Assembly (NCBI GenBank): GCA_009859145.1
Contig: VRVR01000034.1
Span: 119,358-183,357 of the forward strand
Direction of reading: 5' to 3'
Length of the DNA stretch: 64,000 nucleotides
From: Andalucia godoyi And28
Taxonomy: Eukaryota > Protista > Jakobida
In this document: positions 1 to 9,954 of the stretch, piece after piece
Position numbering within the stretch: the stretch's first letter is position 1
Layout of the letters: each line of letters starts with the position of its first letter
Made by a program: the position numbers and the translations under genes
The notes under the pieces: generated by a model
The model's database searches: none
Seen by the model: the letters and a program-made list of their open reading frames with translations, nothing else
What the model was told of the DNA's origin: nothing

Positions 1-1878
1 TGGATGAGAATCTGGTTCACACACGGGCTCAGACACTGGTGGAGACACTGGTGCAGACACTGGATGAGAATCTGGCTCAGACAGTGATTCTGAACAGGAG
101 TTGGAGGACGAATCCGGTATCGCAAAATCTGGATCCAAGGGCTCGACAGCAAAGAGTTCAGCGGCTGATGCACCGACAAGCACATCAGTGGAAGACGTCT
201 CCACAGTAACTGGTTGCGAATCTCTGTAGGTGGCAATACCATCAGATTGCAAGTCCTCGCTAACAATAGGCGCTGCAAGAGCCGCCACCGGCAAGGAATG
301 ATCCTCTGCGGACTCGTCGGCTTCTTCATTCGCAAGAATCATTTCGGCAGGGTCACTCGTGTTGCTTGGGTCCCGCTCAAAAGGGGCTGACGAATGGTCT
401 TTGGCATTCCCATCTTTAGACGGCTCTTCCGATGCATTTGCCTCGATTGGGGATCCAACAGCAACCACAACAACCGCTGCAGCGACTCCCACGACCCCCA
501 CAGCTAGAAGCAAATTGGCATCCGCTGATGTTCCGTTTTCAAATTCTTCTCCCGATGTCCGGCTGCAGGGGCAGCTGTTATCTTGAACATCAGCGCCGTC
601 GACAGTCGCAACGGCTGCAGAACACGACGTGGCGGTGATCTCATCCGAGGAAAGAGGCCCGCAGTTTTTCGACTCTGTCGTAGGCAACGGATTCTCATCA
701 TGAGGCTCGCTGCTTGTTTGATCTCTCAACAGCGACATATTGTTCGACATTTCCTCGCCATGATGTTCATCTGCCGCAACGGCGAATTGTGCGGCTTGAG
801 AATCCATGAGAGGCACTTCAGACACCGAACCATCAGAATCTGCGGGATGATTCTGCGATTCGACCGCCGTATCGTCCGAACCCGCTGTCATCGATTCGGC
901 TTCCTTCGCCCTGTCCACCTCGACGGAGCCTCGGCCATCACAAGGTTCATCGAGACCACTTTCAGATCTTTCTGGATGCGTTTTTTCGTCTGTAATCGCC
1001 GCGGCCGCCACTACCACCACTACCGTTGCTGTCGCTGGTGATGTTGCTGTTGCTGTTGCTGTTGCTGCCTGCGCATCTCCCTCAGCATCTTCTAAGCTGC
1101 AGACACTCGATGATGGAGACAATGGATTGCGAAATATCTCCTCGGTATCTTCATCCCCCTCATTCGCGACCTTTCTTGCCAAATCCGACTGCATCACATT
1201 GTCAGGATGCGTTTCCTCTTTCGATTCGATCCCCTTGTCCCGCTCGTTCTCGTTCTCGCCTTGCATGACAGCAATTGCTGCTGCCACGGCCTCTGTATTG
1301 CGGCTGTCCTGCAGGGCCGAGTCCGCAACGGACGCAGCGCGCGGTGACACGGACTCTGAGCCCATCGAAGCGTTCTGCGACGAGTCAGCTGGAGAAACTG
1401 CAATTGCAGCTGCAGTGGATTCCTGCCCTGATCCAGACGATGATGATGACGACGATGCACGATGCAGCGTATTCGCGCCGTTTTCGTTTGAATGCTGTTC
1501 CTGATCACGGATGCTAGCCACAGCAGCAACAGGTGCAAATGCAGGTGCGGGGCTTTGGGTGCGCTTAGGAGGATCAATTGCATTTTGGATGAGGTTCAGC
1601 ATGGTCTGTCGATCCTGATTGGAGTCTGCAGCACAATGAAACGTGCGACCGCTCGCCGTGCATTGAATATCGAAGGCAAACAATCTCTTCTTATTGAAAA
1701 CATCAGGGAACACCACGGATCCCTCAAGCGGAATGCTTCCAAGAGCCTCCTTTAGCTTCTCTCGGCTCTCAAAGTAGTACACCGTCTTTCCAATTACCAC
1801 GAACCATCGCCGTTTCCAGCTCTTATGCCCTCCTCCTTCTTTCCACAGATACACTCCCGGTGCATCGCTTGCACTCAT
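1..1878 (-). CDS. PH-domain protein with long Ser/Ala/Asp/Pro-rich disordered tail; 3' end runs off the window
   Basis: Absent from the ORF track because it has no stop in the window. I checked the minus frame from ATG 1878 to base 1: open for 626 codons. N-terminus reads GVYLWKEGGGHKSWKRRWFVVIGKTVYYFESR...LGSIPLEGS...FAFDI...RTFHCAADSNQDRQTMLNLIQ, a PH fold pattern. PVSxPVS/EPDSHP repeats occur at 1-100. Confidence 0.8.
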   Translation of the reverse strand, partial: MSASDAPGVYLWKEGGGHKSWKRRWFVVIGKTVYYFESREKLKEALGSIPLEGSVVFPDVFNKKRLFAFDIQCTASGRTFHCAADSNQDRQTMLNLIQNAIDPPKRTQSPAPAFAPVAAVASIRDQEQHSNENGANTLHRASSSSSSSGSGQESTAAAIAVSPADSSQNASMGSESVSPRAASVADSALQDSRNTEAVAAAIAVMQGENENERDKGIESKEETHPDNVMQSDLARKVANEGDEDTEEIFRNPLSPSSSVCSLEDAEGDAQAATATATATSPATATVVVVVAAAAITDEKTHPERSESGLDEPCDGRGSVEVDRAKEAESMTAGSDDTAVESQNHPADSDGSVSEVPLMDSQAAQFAVAADEHHGEEMSNNMSLLRDQTSSEPHDENPLPTTESKNCGPLSSDEITATSCSAAVATVDGADVQDNSCPCSRTSGEEFENGTSADANLLLAVGVVGVAAAVVVVAVGSPIEANASEEPSKDGNAKDHSSAPFERDPSNTSDPAEMILANEEADESAEDHSLPVAALAAPIVSEDLQSDGIATYRDSQPVTVETSSTDVLVGASAAELFAVEPLDPDFAIPDSSSNSCSESLSEPDSHPVSAPVSPPVSEPVCEPDSHP

Positions 1879-1974
1879 CGTCAGATCCAAGCTGCGTATT
1901 TGAATGAATGCGTCAAAACGCAGCACCAGCCCACACACACGAGGAACCAACAACAACAGTAACAACTTCTACGG

Positions 1975-2008
<34 letters not shown>

Positions 2009-2313
2009 AAGACTAATGCTTCAAAAAGGTTAAACAACTTTCGCGCCACTGGGACTCGTCCAAGAGAACAAACTCGGGACTTTTTCGGTCGAATGCTTCC
2101 AAGCATGTCCATCAGGCTCTCAAGTCTTTTTTGTCCACCGTACAGCCGGCTGGGATGAAGAGAAAAAGAAAAAGAAAACAGAAAGTGCAATAAATAAAGG
2201 CGCTCTAATGATATTGAGTTTGGTTCGAATGCATAATGGAGGCGTACGAGTCGCTGCCCTCCACTTTGTCGTCTTCGACCTTGGGTTCTATTATTATTAA
2301 TTAATTAATTTTT

Positions 2314-3129
2314 TTAAAGTTTGGCGTCCACCCAGGGAAGCGCGGTCTGAACAGGGATGCGTCCTGAAGGCGGCAGCATGGACAGCGCAGTCTGTCTGAC
2401 GATGTTGGACACCATGTGCTTCTGCTTCATGCTCTGTGTTCGAAGGACCGACTCGCAAAATTCATTGAACCACATGTACACAGACATTGCAGACGCTCCT
2501 GATTTCCAGTCGCCCTTGTGTGGGCAGTAGATCAGAAGCACCAGATCGTGGCACACGCCCTGGTCCTCAGACAATGGAGGCTGAATGTACCTACATTTCA
2601 ACCATGAAAACCCGATGCGAGAAAGAATCTGCTGCCGCTGCGCCGTATCCATGATCCCATCCGATGCGCCAAACTCGATGGTTTCCGCAAAAAAGTACGA
2701 CGGTCGATCCGTCATTGAGATTTTCTGCAGCGACGCATATGCCTGTTCTGCCATGTACTTGCCAAGCCCGGTCTTTCGAGCATTTGGCTGCACCGCAAAG
2801 TAGTCCAGCAAGCCGCAGTTTGAAACCGGAAATTGCTCCCAGACACAAACACCCATCACATTCTTCCAGTTGTTTGTATCCGTGCATGCCGCATCAAAGT
2901 ACACCTCAATGTGCATCAAGGGAGGATCCAAAGACGACCCGCGGCCCATCACATCCAGCCACACATCAAACGGATCAAGCTCGTCATCCACAGGAAAGTG
3001 AACTCGCATAATCTGCTCATAGACATCAAACAGTAACTCGTCATTGCGCTCTTGGTACATATCCCGCTTCAAAAACTTGATGCGGGTCGTCATCGGCGTC
3101 GTCATCGAGTTTCTCAAGAATACACGCAC
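2314..3129 (-). CDS. GNAT-family N-acetyltransferase-like protein
   Basis: Acetyl-CoA-binding motif A (LLDYFAVQPNARKTGLGK), plus FFAE and RIGFSWLKCRYIQPPL segments. Real start may be one of the downstream Mets. Confidence 0.7.
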   Translation of the reverse strand: MRVFLRNSMTTPMTTRIKFLKRDMYQERNDELLFDVYEQIMRVHFPVDDELDPFDVWLDVMGRGSSLDPPLMHIEVYFDAACTDTNNWKNVMGVCVWEQFPVSNCGLLDYFAVQPNARKTGLGKYMAEQAYASLQKISMTDRPSYFFAETIEFGASDGIMDTAQRQQILSRIGFSWLKCRYIQPPLSEDQGVCHDLVLLIYCPHKGDWKSGASAMSVYMWFNEFCESVLRTQSMKQKHMVSNIVRQTALSMLPPSGRIPVQTALPWVDAKL

Positions 3130-3956
3130 AATACAAGCACTACTTCTCCTTTTCTTCTTTGATTTCTAGTCTTTGTGGACGTGGAAGTGGACGTGGGCTT
3201 GGTTGCTTGCTGTTGCTGATGCTTCGCTCACTTGTAATTTTCCAACTCCAGATAGTTTCCTTTGCACCGTTCTTTCAGTTCTGAAATTATGGCCTGCTCG
3301 AGATAATCCATCCAGTACTTCAAAATGAAAAAATGCAAAGGGAAAAAGAAAAGGTTTAAACAATGAAAATACACTACACACTACAAGTATATTATTATTA
3401 TTATTATTATTATATATTATATGTATTTATTTATTTTTTTCAAAAAAAAAAATTGAATGCATAAAGACCAGGGCGCGCAACTGGTTTTTTTTTTTTTCGT
3501 TTTTGTTTCGCGTATTCGAGATCGGCCGTTTTGTTTTGTGTTTTGTGTTTTGTTTTTGATGTTTTTGATGTTTATTCATGTTTATTCATGTTTCGCTGTT
3601 GCAACTTTTGTTGGACAAACGGGGGGGAAGTAAGCATCAATTGATGGAAAAGCAGTTTTTTTAATTACACCTTTTTTTAATTTTTCTTTTTTTTGTTTTT
3701 TACGACCGCACCGAAGAAAGCAGGGAACAAGCTGCTTGTTTCCCTTTTCATCAGCAGCAGCAGCAGCAACAACAACGATCAATTTCGACCAACGTTTCGC
3801 CACTGGAAGAAAACGCGAAGTTTATTTTGTAATATTATATATATCTTCTTGGTTCTTTTCTTGCTTCTCGTATTTGTGATTTTCAAGTAGTTTCTTTCTT
3901 TCTTTCATTCATTCATTCATTCATTCTGTTTTCCTTCCTTCCACCGTCGGTCTCGA

Positions 3957-5453
3957 ATGCTGACTCGCCGTATGTTGTCCAGCGCAGCACACGTTGCAAA
4001 GAACACGCCTGATCACGGTCGAGTGTTGACTGTGGACAAGCTGTCTCCTGCGATCCTCAATGCCGAATACGCAGTTCGTGGAGAGCTTGTCATTCGTGCT
4101 GGAAAACTTGAATCAGAAGGTCGCAAAATCATTTATTGCAACATTGGTAATCCACACCAATTAGGGCAGAAGCCAATCACGTTCTTTCGACAGGTGCTGG
4201 CTGCAACGCAGTATCCAGAGCTCATCTCGTCGAGCGGCCTTGCCGAGGATGCAAAGGCACGTGCGGCAGAGTACCTTGCTAACATTCCCGGTGGCACTGG
4301 TGCATATTCCCACTCACAGGGCATCCCCATTGTGAGAAAACAGGTTGCGGATTTCATCACTGCGCGTGACAAAGTTGCTGCAAAGGCGGATCCAGAAGAA
4401 ATCTTTCTTACCGATGGTGCTTCTCCGGGAATTCAGCGGGTCTTGTCACTGCTGATTGATCCCACTCTTCCATTTTCGTCAAAGGCAGCAACAGGAAAGG
4501 CGCGCAAGCATGGAATTCTGATCCCAATTCCGCAGTATCCGCTGTACTCAGCATCGATCACCTTGCTTGGGGGCGCTCAGGTTGGCTATGAGCTTGATGA
4601 GGAGCGTGGCTGGGAGCTTTCGATTGATTCGATGAAAAAACAAGTGACTGCTGCCCGCGCGCAGGGAATTGAGCCGCGTGCCATTGTCGTCATCAATCCA
4701 GGAAACCCCACCGGACAGTGTTTGTCGGCGCAGAACGTTGCGGAGGTGATCAACTTTGCTGAACAAGAGGGGTTGGTGGTGCTGGCAGACGAGGTCTACC
4801 AGGTTAACACGTATCGTGCAGATCGACCGTTTGTGTCGTTCAAAGCAGAGGCAGTCAAGAACAAGTCGCATGTCGAGCTGTTTTCTTTCCACTCCGTCTC
4901 CAAGGGAGTCTTGGGCGAATGCGGACGCCGTGGAGGTTATTTCGAGTGCTACAACATTGATGGAGCGGTGAAGGAGCAGCTCTACAAGCTGGCCTCCGTT
5001 TCTCTCTGCTCAAATGTCGATGGGCAGATCATGACCGGACTGATGGTGCAGCCACCCAAGAAGGGCGATCCGTCGTTTGCGCAGTACAATGCAGAAGTGT
5101 CCGAGCTGTATGCCTCCCTTGCACGACGGGCAAAGACCCTTACTGCAGCCCTTGACGGTCTTCATGGAATGTCATGCAACTTTACAGAGGGCGCTCTCTA
5201 TGCCTTCCCGCAAGTGATGCTGCCCGCAAAGGCAGTCGCTGCGGCAAAGGCTGCTGGAAAGAATCCGGATACGTTCTACTGCTTGCAGATGCTCGAAGAA
5301 ACCGGCATTTGCGTCGTTCCCGGGTCTGGATTCGGTCAAAAGAATGGGACGTTCCATTTCCGAACGACTATCTTGCCCCAGGAATCCGTCATGTCCCAGG
5401 TTGTCGAAAAGATTGCAAACTTCCACAACTCCTTCATCAAGAAGTATGAATAA
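3957..5453 (+). CDS. GPT: Alanine aminotransferase (PLP-dependent class I), probably mitochondrial
   Basis: Motifs AEYAVRGE, NIGNP, GAYSHSQG, PIPQYPLYSA, INPGNPTG, DEVYQ, SVSKG (PLP lysine), VPGSGFGQ, HFRTTILP. Arg/Ser-rich presequence MLTRRMLSSAA. Confidence 0.95.
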   Translation: MLTRRMLSSAAHVAKNTPDHGRVLTVDKLSPAILNAEYAVRGELVIRAGKLESEGRKIIYCNIGNPHQLGQKPITFFRQVLAATQYPELISSSGLAEDAKARAAEYLANIPGGTGAYSHSQGIPIVRKQVADFITARDKVAAKADPEEIFLTDGASPGIQRVLSLLIDPTLPFSSKAATGKARKHGILIPIPQYPLYSASITLLGGAQVGYELDEERGWELSIDSMKKQVTAARAQGIEPRAIVVINPGNPTGQCLSAQNVAEVINFAEQEGLVVLADEVYQVNTYRADRPFVSFKAEAVKNKSHVELFSFHSVSKGVLGECGRRGGYFECYNIDGAVKEQLYKLASVSLCSNVDGQIMTGLMVQPPKKGDPSFAQYNAEVSELYASLARRAKTLTAALDGLHGMSCNFTEGALYAFPQVMLPAKAVAAAKAAGKNPDTFYCLQMLEETGICVVPGSGFGQKNGTFHFRTTILPQESVMSQVVEKIANFHNSFIKKYE

Positions 5454-5920
5454 CGCTTCCGATTTTGCTCCTTTTCCCTCCCTCCCCGCGTAAACGACCC
5501 TGTCCGAGGGGCTACCACCACTACATTTATTAAGTTTAACAAACCAAACTTTGATTGCTTTTATGTCGAAACAGATTCCTTCACTCCAGTTATTCAATAA
5601 ACGAAAACATTCTCCGCGAGCGCCTCGACAGATTTGATGACACCAAATATATATATAATAACCATAATTATTAAAATACAAATACAAAATACAAAAAAAA
5701 AAGAGAAGAAAAAAACCAAATACATGCAAACCAACAAAAAAACGAAATGAAAAAAAAAAAAGACGAACGTGTCAACCTTTCAAGAATTAAAGTAAAGAAA
5801 GACGAAAAGAAGAAGAAGAAAATAAATCCCCAAAAATGATACAATACGCGATCTTCTACGTACGAACGAGGCATCACGAAAAAGGAAGATGGGGGGAACG
5901 AGAGAACGACAGCGCGTGCG

Positions 5921-5924
<4 letters not shown>

Positions 5925-5985
<61 letters not shown>
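5925..5985. repeat. (CT)n microsatellite
   Basis: Read directly. Similar tracts occur at about 11960-12010, 12490-12523, 16910-16932 and 27272-27312. Confidence 0.95.
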
Positions 5986-5988
<3 letters not shown>

Positions 5989-6012
5989 ATGACCATCACT
6001 TGGATTGCTGCA

Positions 6013-7257
6013 TTACAGCGCAATGGACTCCACTTCAAAGAACGAGTCATCCAAGTCAGCATTATCCGGCAAGTCCCAGGTAGCTTCGGAAGCAATAGAA
6101 CGAACGGAATTGGTGCGTTCGAGACGAGTGGTTGGCACTGGGGACGAAAAGGGAGAGTTGGGACTGTTGGACTTGTGCGGGGACTGTTGAAGCTGACTCC
6201 TGAGAACGGACTCGCGGAGAGAAGGTGACGATCGTTCTCTCCGGACGCTTGAAGTCGCAAGCTGGTGATACTGCGATATGACGCTCTGCACGATATCAAC
6301 TCTCTTGCTGGCCTTTGCACTGCCGCTGATCTTGCATGCCCGATCGAAATAAATAAGAGACGATTTCAGCTTCCGAAGTCTCCAGTAGCAAACGCCCAGC
6401 GCATCGTAAACATCGGCCGCTTGTTTGGAGTCCCTTCCAAACTGATGATGGACAAAGTCCTTGACTCTGACATACATCCGTTCTGCATTTCGCCAATCCT
6501 GGTCCGCAACGTGCACAGCGGCCATTGCAAGCCGCACGTCATTCTGTGTCGCATCCATCAGGTCTTCTTTTCCCATCAATGTCAACGTCTTCTCAAAATG
6601 GAACAGCGCATCCGAGTTCTTGCCAAGCGAAGCATAGCATCTGCCGAGATTGAACGCAACGAGTTTTTGCATTTCGAGCTTTTCCGGTTGTGCACCAAGC
6701 ACTTCCAGCGCCGCACGGTTCGCAGCATTGAAGTCCGCAATGGCCTCTTCATGCAAGTTCGATTTCGCAAGCAGCAAGGCCTTGTTGAGCAAGATGGTAG
6801 CCTTTGCAAACCCAGGTTCTGCAAGCTTCAACGCTGCACTGAACGCGCTCTTTGCATTTGCAAACTCATTAAGCGAGGCATGGATGTTTCCGAGCTGGAA
6901 ATGAACCTCTGCAGACTGTGCATTGAGCGGGATATTCCTAAGCTCCCGCACTGCATCCTTCAGCTTTCCCATATCCTGCAGCATCAGCGCTACAATCGAG
7001 CGTGCATAGACGACATCTGCATGGGTTTCCGATTGGTGGACAGATCGAGCAATCTGAACAGCATGTCGAGCGATCTCAAGCCCATCATCAGGATTCCCAG
7101 CATCGGCGCTCTCCTGCGCTTTTCGAAGTAGATTCGACACTTGCGTCCCCAAACTCTGCCGCTTGCTCGAAAAGAAATCCCCACTCTTCCCATCACTATC
7201 AGTAATCCTGCTGTTTCTACTCCTATCACTGTTATTATTGCTGTTGCGATTACTCAT
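6013..7257 (-). CDS. TPR-repeat protein
   Basis: Helical repeats such as AEVHFQLGNIHASLNEFANAKSAFSAAL, VAFNLGRCYASLGKNSDALFHFEKTL and ADVYDALGVCY. Start moved to MSNRN (7257); the upstream in-frame stretch crosses a G-run and low-complexity DNA. Confidence 0.8.
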   Translation of the reverse strand: MSNRNSNNNSDRSRNSRITDSDGKSGDFFSSKRQSLGTQVSNLLRKAQESADAGNPDDGLEIARHAVQIARSVHQSETHADVVYARSIVALMLQDMGKLKDAVRELRNIPLNAQSAEVHFQLGNIHASLNEFANAKSAFSAALKLAEPGFAKATILLNKALLLAKSNLHEEAIADFNAANRAALEVLGAQPEKLEMQKLVAFNLGRCYASLGKNSDALFHFEKTLTLMGKEDLMDATQNDVRLAMAAVHVADQDWRNAERMYVRVKDFVHHQFGRDSKQAADVYDALGVCYWRLRKLKSSLIYFDRACKISGSAKASKRVDIVQSVISQYHQLATSSVRRERSSPSLRESVLRSQLQQSPHKSNSPNSPFSSPVPTTRLERTNSVRSIASEATWDLPDNADLDDSFFEVESIAL

Positions 7258-7663
7258 TTTCTTCTTCTTTCTGCTTCTTGTTGTTTGTTGTTTGTCGTTT
7301 GTCAAGTCAAGAGTAGCAAAGGGAGAGTAGTGGAAGCAGTAATGTTGATGACGGTAGGAGGTGGGGGGGGGGGGGGGGGGGAAGATAAACGCCAGAAGAA
7401 TCGTGACTGATAGGAATTTAGGATGAAACAACACGGAAAAGAACCAAAAATCAATACCAAAATCAAAACAAAAAAGAAAAGAAAAGAAAAGAAAGAAAAG
7501 GACGACGATAAATGGTTCAACTTGGGTTTGGAACGTTGCCGATTTTCAGGATTCAATGCTTTCCTCAGACCTCCGTTTTACCAAGCACATATCGGGGCAA
7601 AGCACCCGAGCACACGAGCAACGAGCAACGAGCATGCTGCCGCAAGGCCGTTGAATCATGACC

Positions 7664-8027
7664 CGTCATTGTCATGCATACGGAAGTATCCATAAACAGA
7701 CATGGTCGATACTGGCCGACACTAGCACGCTTGTTTCACAGGGGAACTCGTGCTTACGCACGCTCGGCCAAAATTCAGCTTGCGACACAGGCTCCGCATT
7801 TTCGACACTCTTTAACGCAGCATCCGTAGCCATCTGTTCTATCATTCGTTGGTTCCACTTTATTAATTCAAATATGGGCTTGAGTGGGCTGGGATAACGC
7901 ATTCGCCTACGCCTACGCCGCTCGACACAGGACCTCCTAAGAGACCACGTGTCACTACGCCTACCGCCTCTTCCTCTCGTGTCACGCTGAGAAAGCGGTT
8001 CACCGATTGATCGAGATTGGGAACGGA
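7664..8027 (+). mobile_element. Copy A: internally deleted Fanzor/TnpB element relic, truncated on the right
   Basis: 7664-7760 aligns with the reverse complement of about 55775-55871. 7978-8027 matches copy B across the deletion junction (CGTGTCACGCTGAGAAAG-GG-TCACCGATTGATCGAGATTGGGAACGGA). Confidence 0.8.
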
Positions 8028-8067
8028 ATCATAATATTGTCGTGTTTTTATTTTACTTTAGCGTAGA

Positions 8068-9636
8068 CTATTGCCGCTGGCTTGCTGGGGAATGGGGAAG
8101 GGCATGAGAGCGGGAAGAGTCGGCATCGGAGTGGTCGACAAATCGAGAATAGAGCTTGTCCATGATGGCGAGGACGACTTCGACAGAGATGAGAATGATG
8201 ATGATCCACTCCAACCGATCACTCTTATCCTGATGCACGAGTTCCAAAAAGAACTTTGTGTTGTGCTGCACCAGGTTCATTTTGAAGTCGATTCCGCGAA
8301 AACGCTCTTCAAGCTCAAACTCGTCTTTCAAATCCTGCGAGACCCCAGAGTACTTCCCGTGCTTCCATGATATCTCCGACTTGTCCAGCACGCGAGTCTT
8401 GGACAGAATCTCTGCCATGAGCGTGTTGTTTTCTGCCACAAGTCGAAACAGCTCCGCACGTCTGCGCAGCCCAAACGAATAGCTACCGCTTCCTCCGGAC
8501 TGCGATGAATAGACTAGTCCGAGCTCTTCATTCAGTTTTGTAAACGTCGAAACGAGCATGTCCACCTTCTTCTCAAAATGATCCAGCGCAACTGTTTGAC
8601 GCAAAACACCCGCAATCACAAGCAAGTTGTTCAGATCGAGTTCTTGGACGACCACAGTGTCCTGCCCGGGACGTAGTTCAAACCAATGAGGAAGCTTCGG
8701 TGCAATCGCTACAGTGAAGTCGTCGTGCAAAGGAGCCGCAATCGGCTCCACAGAAAACTCCCGGATCAACCGAAGCAACGGCGTCACAGGCGTCGAAAAC
8801 GCTACACTTCCACCATGCGATCCTCCGTTCGAAAACGATGCACTCGCATTCGAAAACGACGATGACGATGACGATGACGATGACGAATAAGAATGAGTGG
8901 CAGGACTGGAAGGACTGGAAGGAACAGACGATACTGGTGGTGATGATGATGGTGGTATACCAGTAGCAGTTGCAGAAGGAGCTGTGAGAGGAGGAGGAAC
9001 AGGAGAGGAAGATGGCAACAACGAAGAAGAGGCAGAGGAGTTTCCGAAAAAGACGACGGATCCGAAACCATACACAACCATGTACAACTCAGCAGGAATG
9101 TTCGACTTGTGCGCCAAAGACTGCTGCAGCACCGAAGCGTCCCACGCAGCAGTGCCCTTGAGAGACTGCGGGGTATTCGTGAAGAACTCTGCATTGGGCT
9201 CTGAGTGTGACGGTGTGGAATGAGACTGCATGGAAACATGATCCAGGGCAGAAGCATCGAGTGCAACGGTAACCGAGTCTCGCTGCAGTGCATGCGGCCG
9301 GTCTGCAAAGTGAGTTTGAAACAATCGCACAAAGTCAATGGATCGCGCGACGTAGAACGCCTTGATGGGCAGAGCAGTTTGGATTTCCACATTGTCTGGA
9401 TGGTTGCTGCTTGAATTTGACATGTTTGAAGATGAGTGTCCAGAGTCGTGATCATTCAACTCGCGTGATGAAAAGAGTCTCTTCAACACCGTCGTCGGGC
9501 GGAATATGCTCCTCTGTGCAGATTGCACACACGGGGATGCAAATAGCAAGGAATGCGCGACTGGCGCCGCCGCTGAGAGGAACCGCTTGCCGGGCAGCAA
9601 CGGTCTTGCCGAACGCATAAGCAGGCCATTCAACAT
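8068..9636 (-). CDS. RMND1: RMND1/Sif2-Sif3 (DUF155) family protein, mitochondrial-type presequence
   Basis: IKAFYVARSID, YMVVYGFGSVVFF, QTVALDHFE, LKDEFELEERF...KMNLVQHNTKFFLEL...KSDRLEWIIIILISVEVV. Start taken at MLNGLLMRSARP. Confidence 0.85.
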   Translation of the reverse strand: MLNGLLMRSARPLLPGKRFLSAAAPVAHSLLFASPCVQSAQRSIFRPTTVLKRLFSSRELNDHDSGHSSSNMSNSSSNHPDNVEIQTALPIKAFYVARSIDFVRLFQTHFADRPHALQRDSVTVALDASALDHVSMQSHSTPSHSEPNAEFFTNTPQSLKGTAAWDASVLQQSLAHKSNIPAELYMVVYGFGSVVFFGNSSASSSLLPSSSPVPPPLTAPSATATGIPPSSSPPVSSVPSSPSSPATHSYSSSSSSSSSSFSNASASFSNGGSHGGSVAFSTPVTPLLRLIREFSVEPIAAPLHDDFTVAIAPKLPHWFELRPGQDTVVVQELDLNNLLVIAGVLRQTVALDHFEKKVDMLVSTFTKLNEELGLVYSSQSGGSGSYSFGLRRRAELFRLVAENNTLMAEILSKTRVLDKSEISWKHGKYSGVSQDLKDEFELEERFRGIDFKMNLVQHNTKFFLELVHQDKSDRLEWIIIILISVEVVLAIMDKLYSRFVDHSDADSSRSHALPHSPASQRQ

Positions 9637-9954
9637 TGTAGATGCCGTATGCAAGTCACGCAGTAGTACGCAACTTATATAAAAAAAATTGAAAGACTGG
9701 CGATATGACGGAAGCAGCAGAAGCGAAAATGAAGGGGCGGCAAAAATGAAATCGCACAACAAGACTGTGGAAAATTTGGGGAAACACCCGATACGAGAAG
9801 ATCAGAAAGGGAAAAGGACGCTGGGGAAAGAGGCGAGCGGATGCTAATGGTGGTGCTCGTTTCTCATCTCTTTTACTCTTGCAAGGGAGGGGGAGGAAGC
9901 GGGGAGGAAACAGAAGACCCATGACGGAGACAGGGTACAGAAAGTATTGTCGAT

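Noticed and set aside
7363-7381. 19-G run as a regulatory G-quadruplex
   Set aside because: A single homopolymer in a microsatellite-rich genome with no further support; homopolymer length may also be a sequencing artefact.
7672-7902. 76-aa and 79-aa ORFs within copy A as real genes
   Set aside because: They lie in the repeat shared with copy B, and their frames are not conserved between the two copies.
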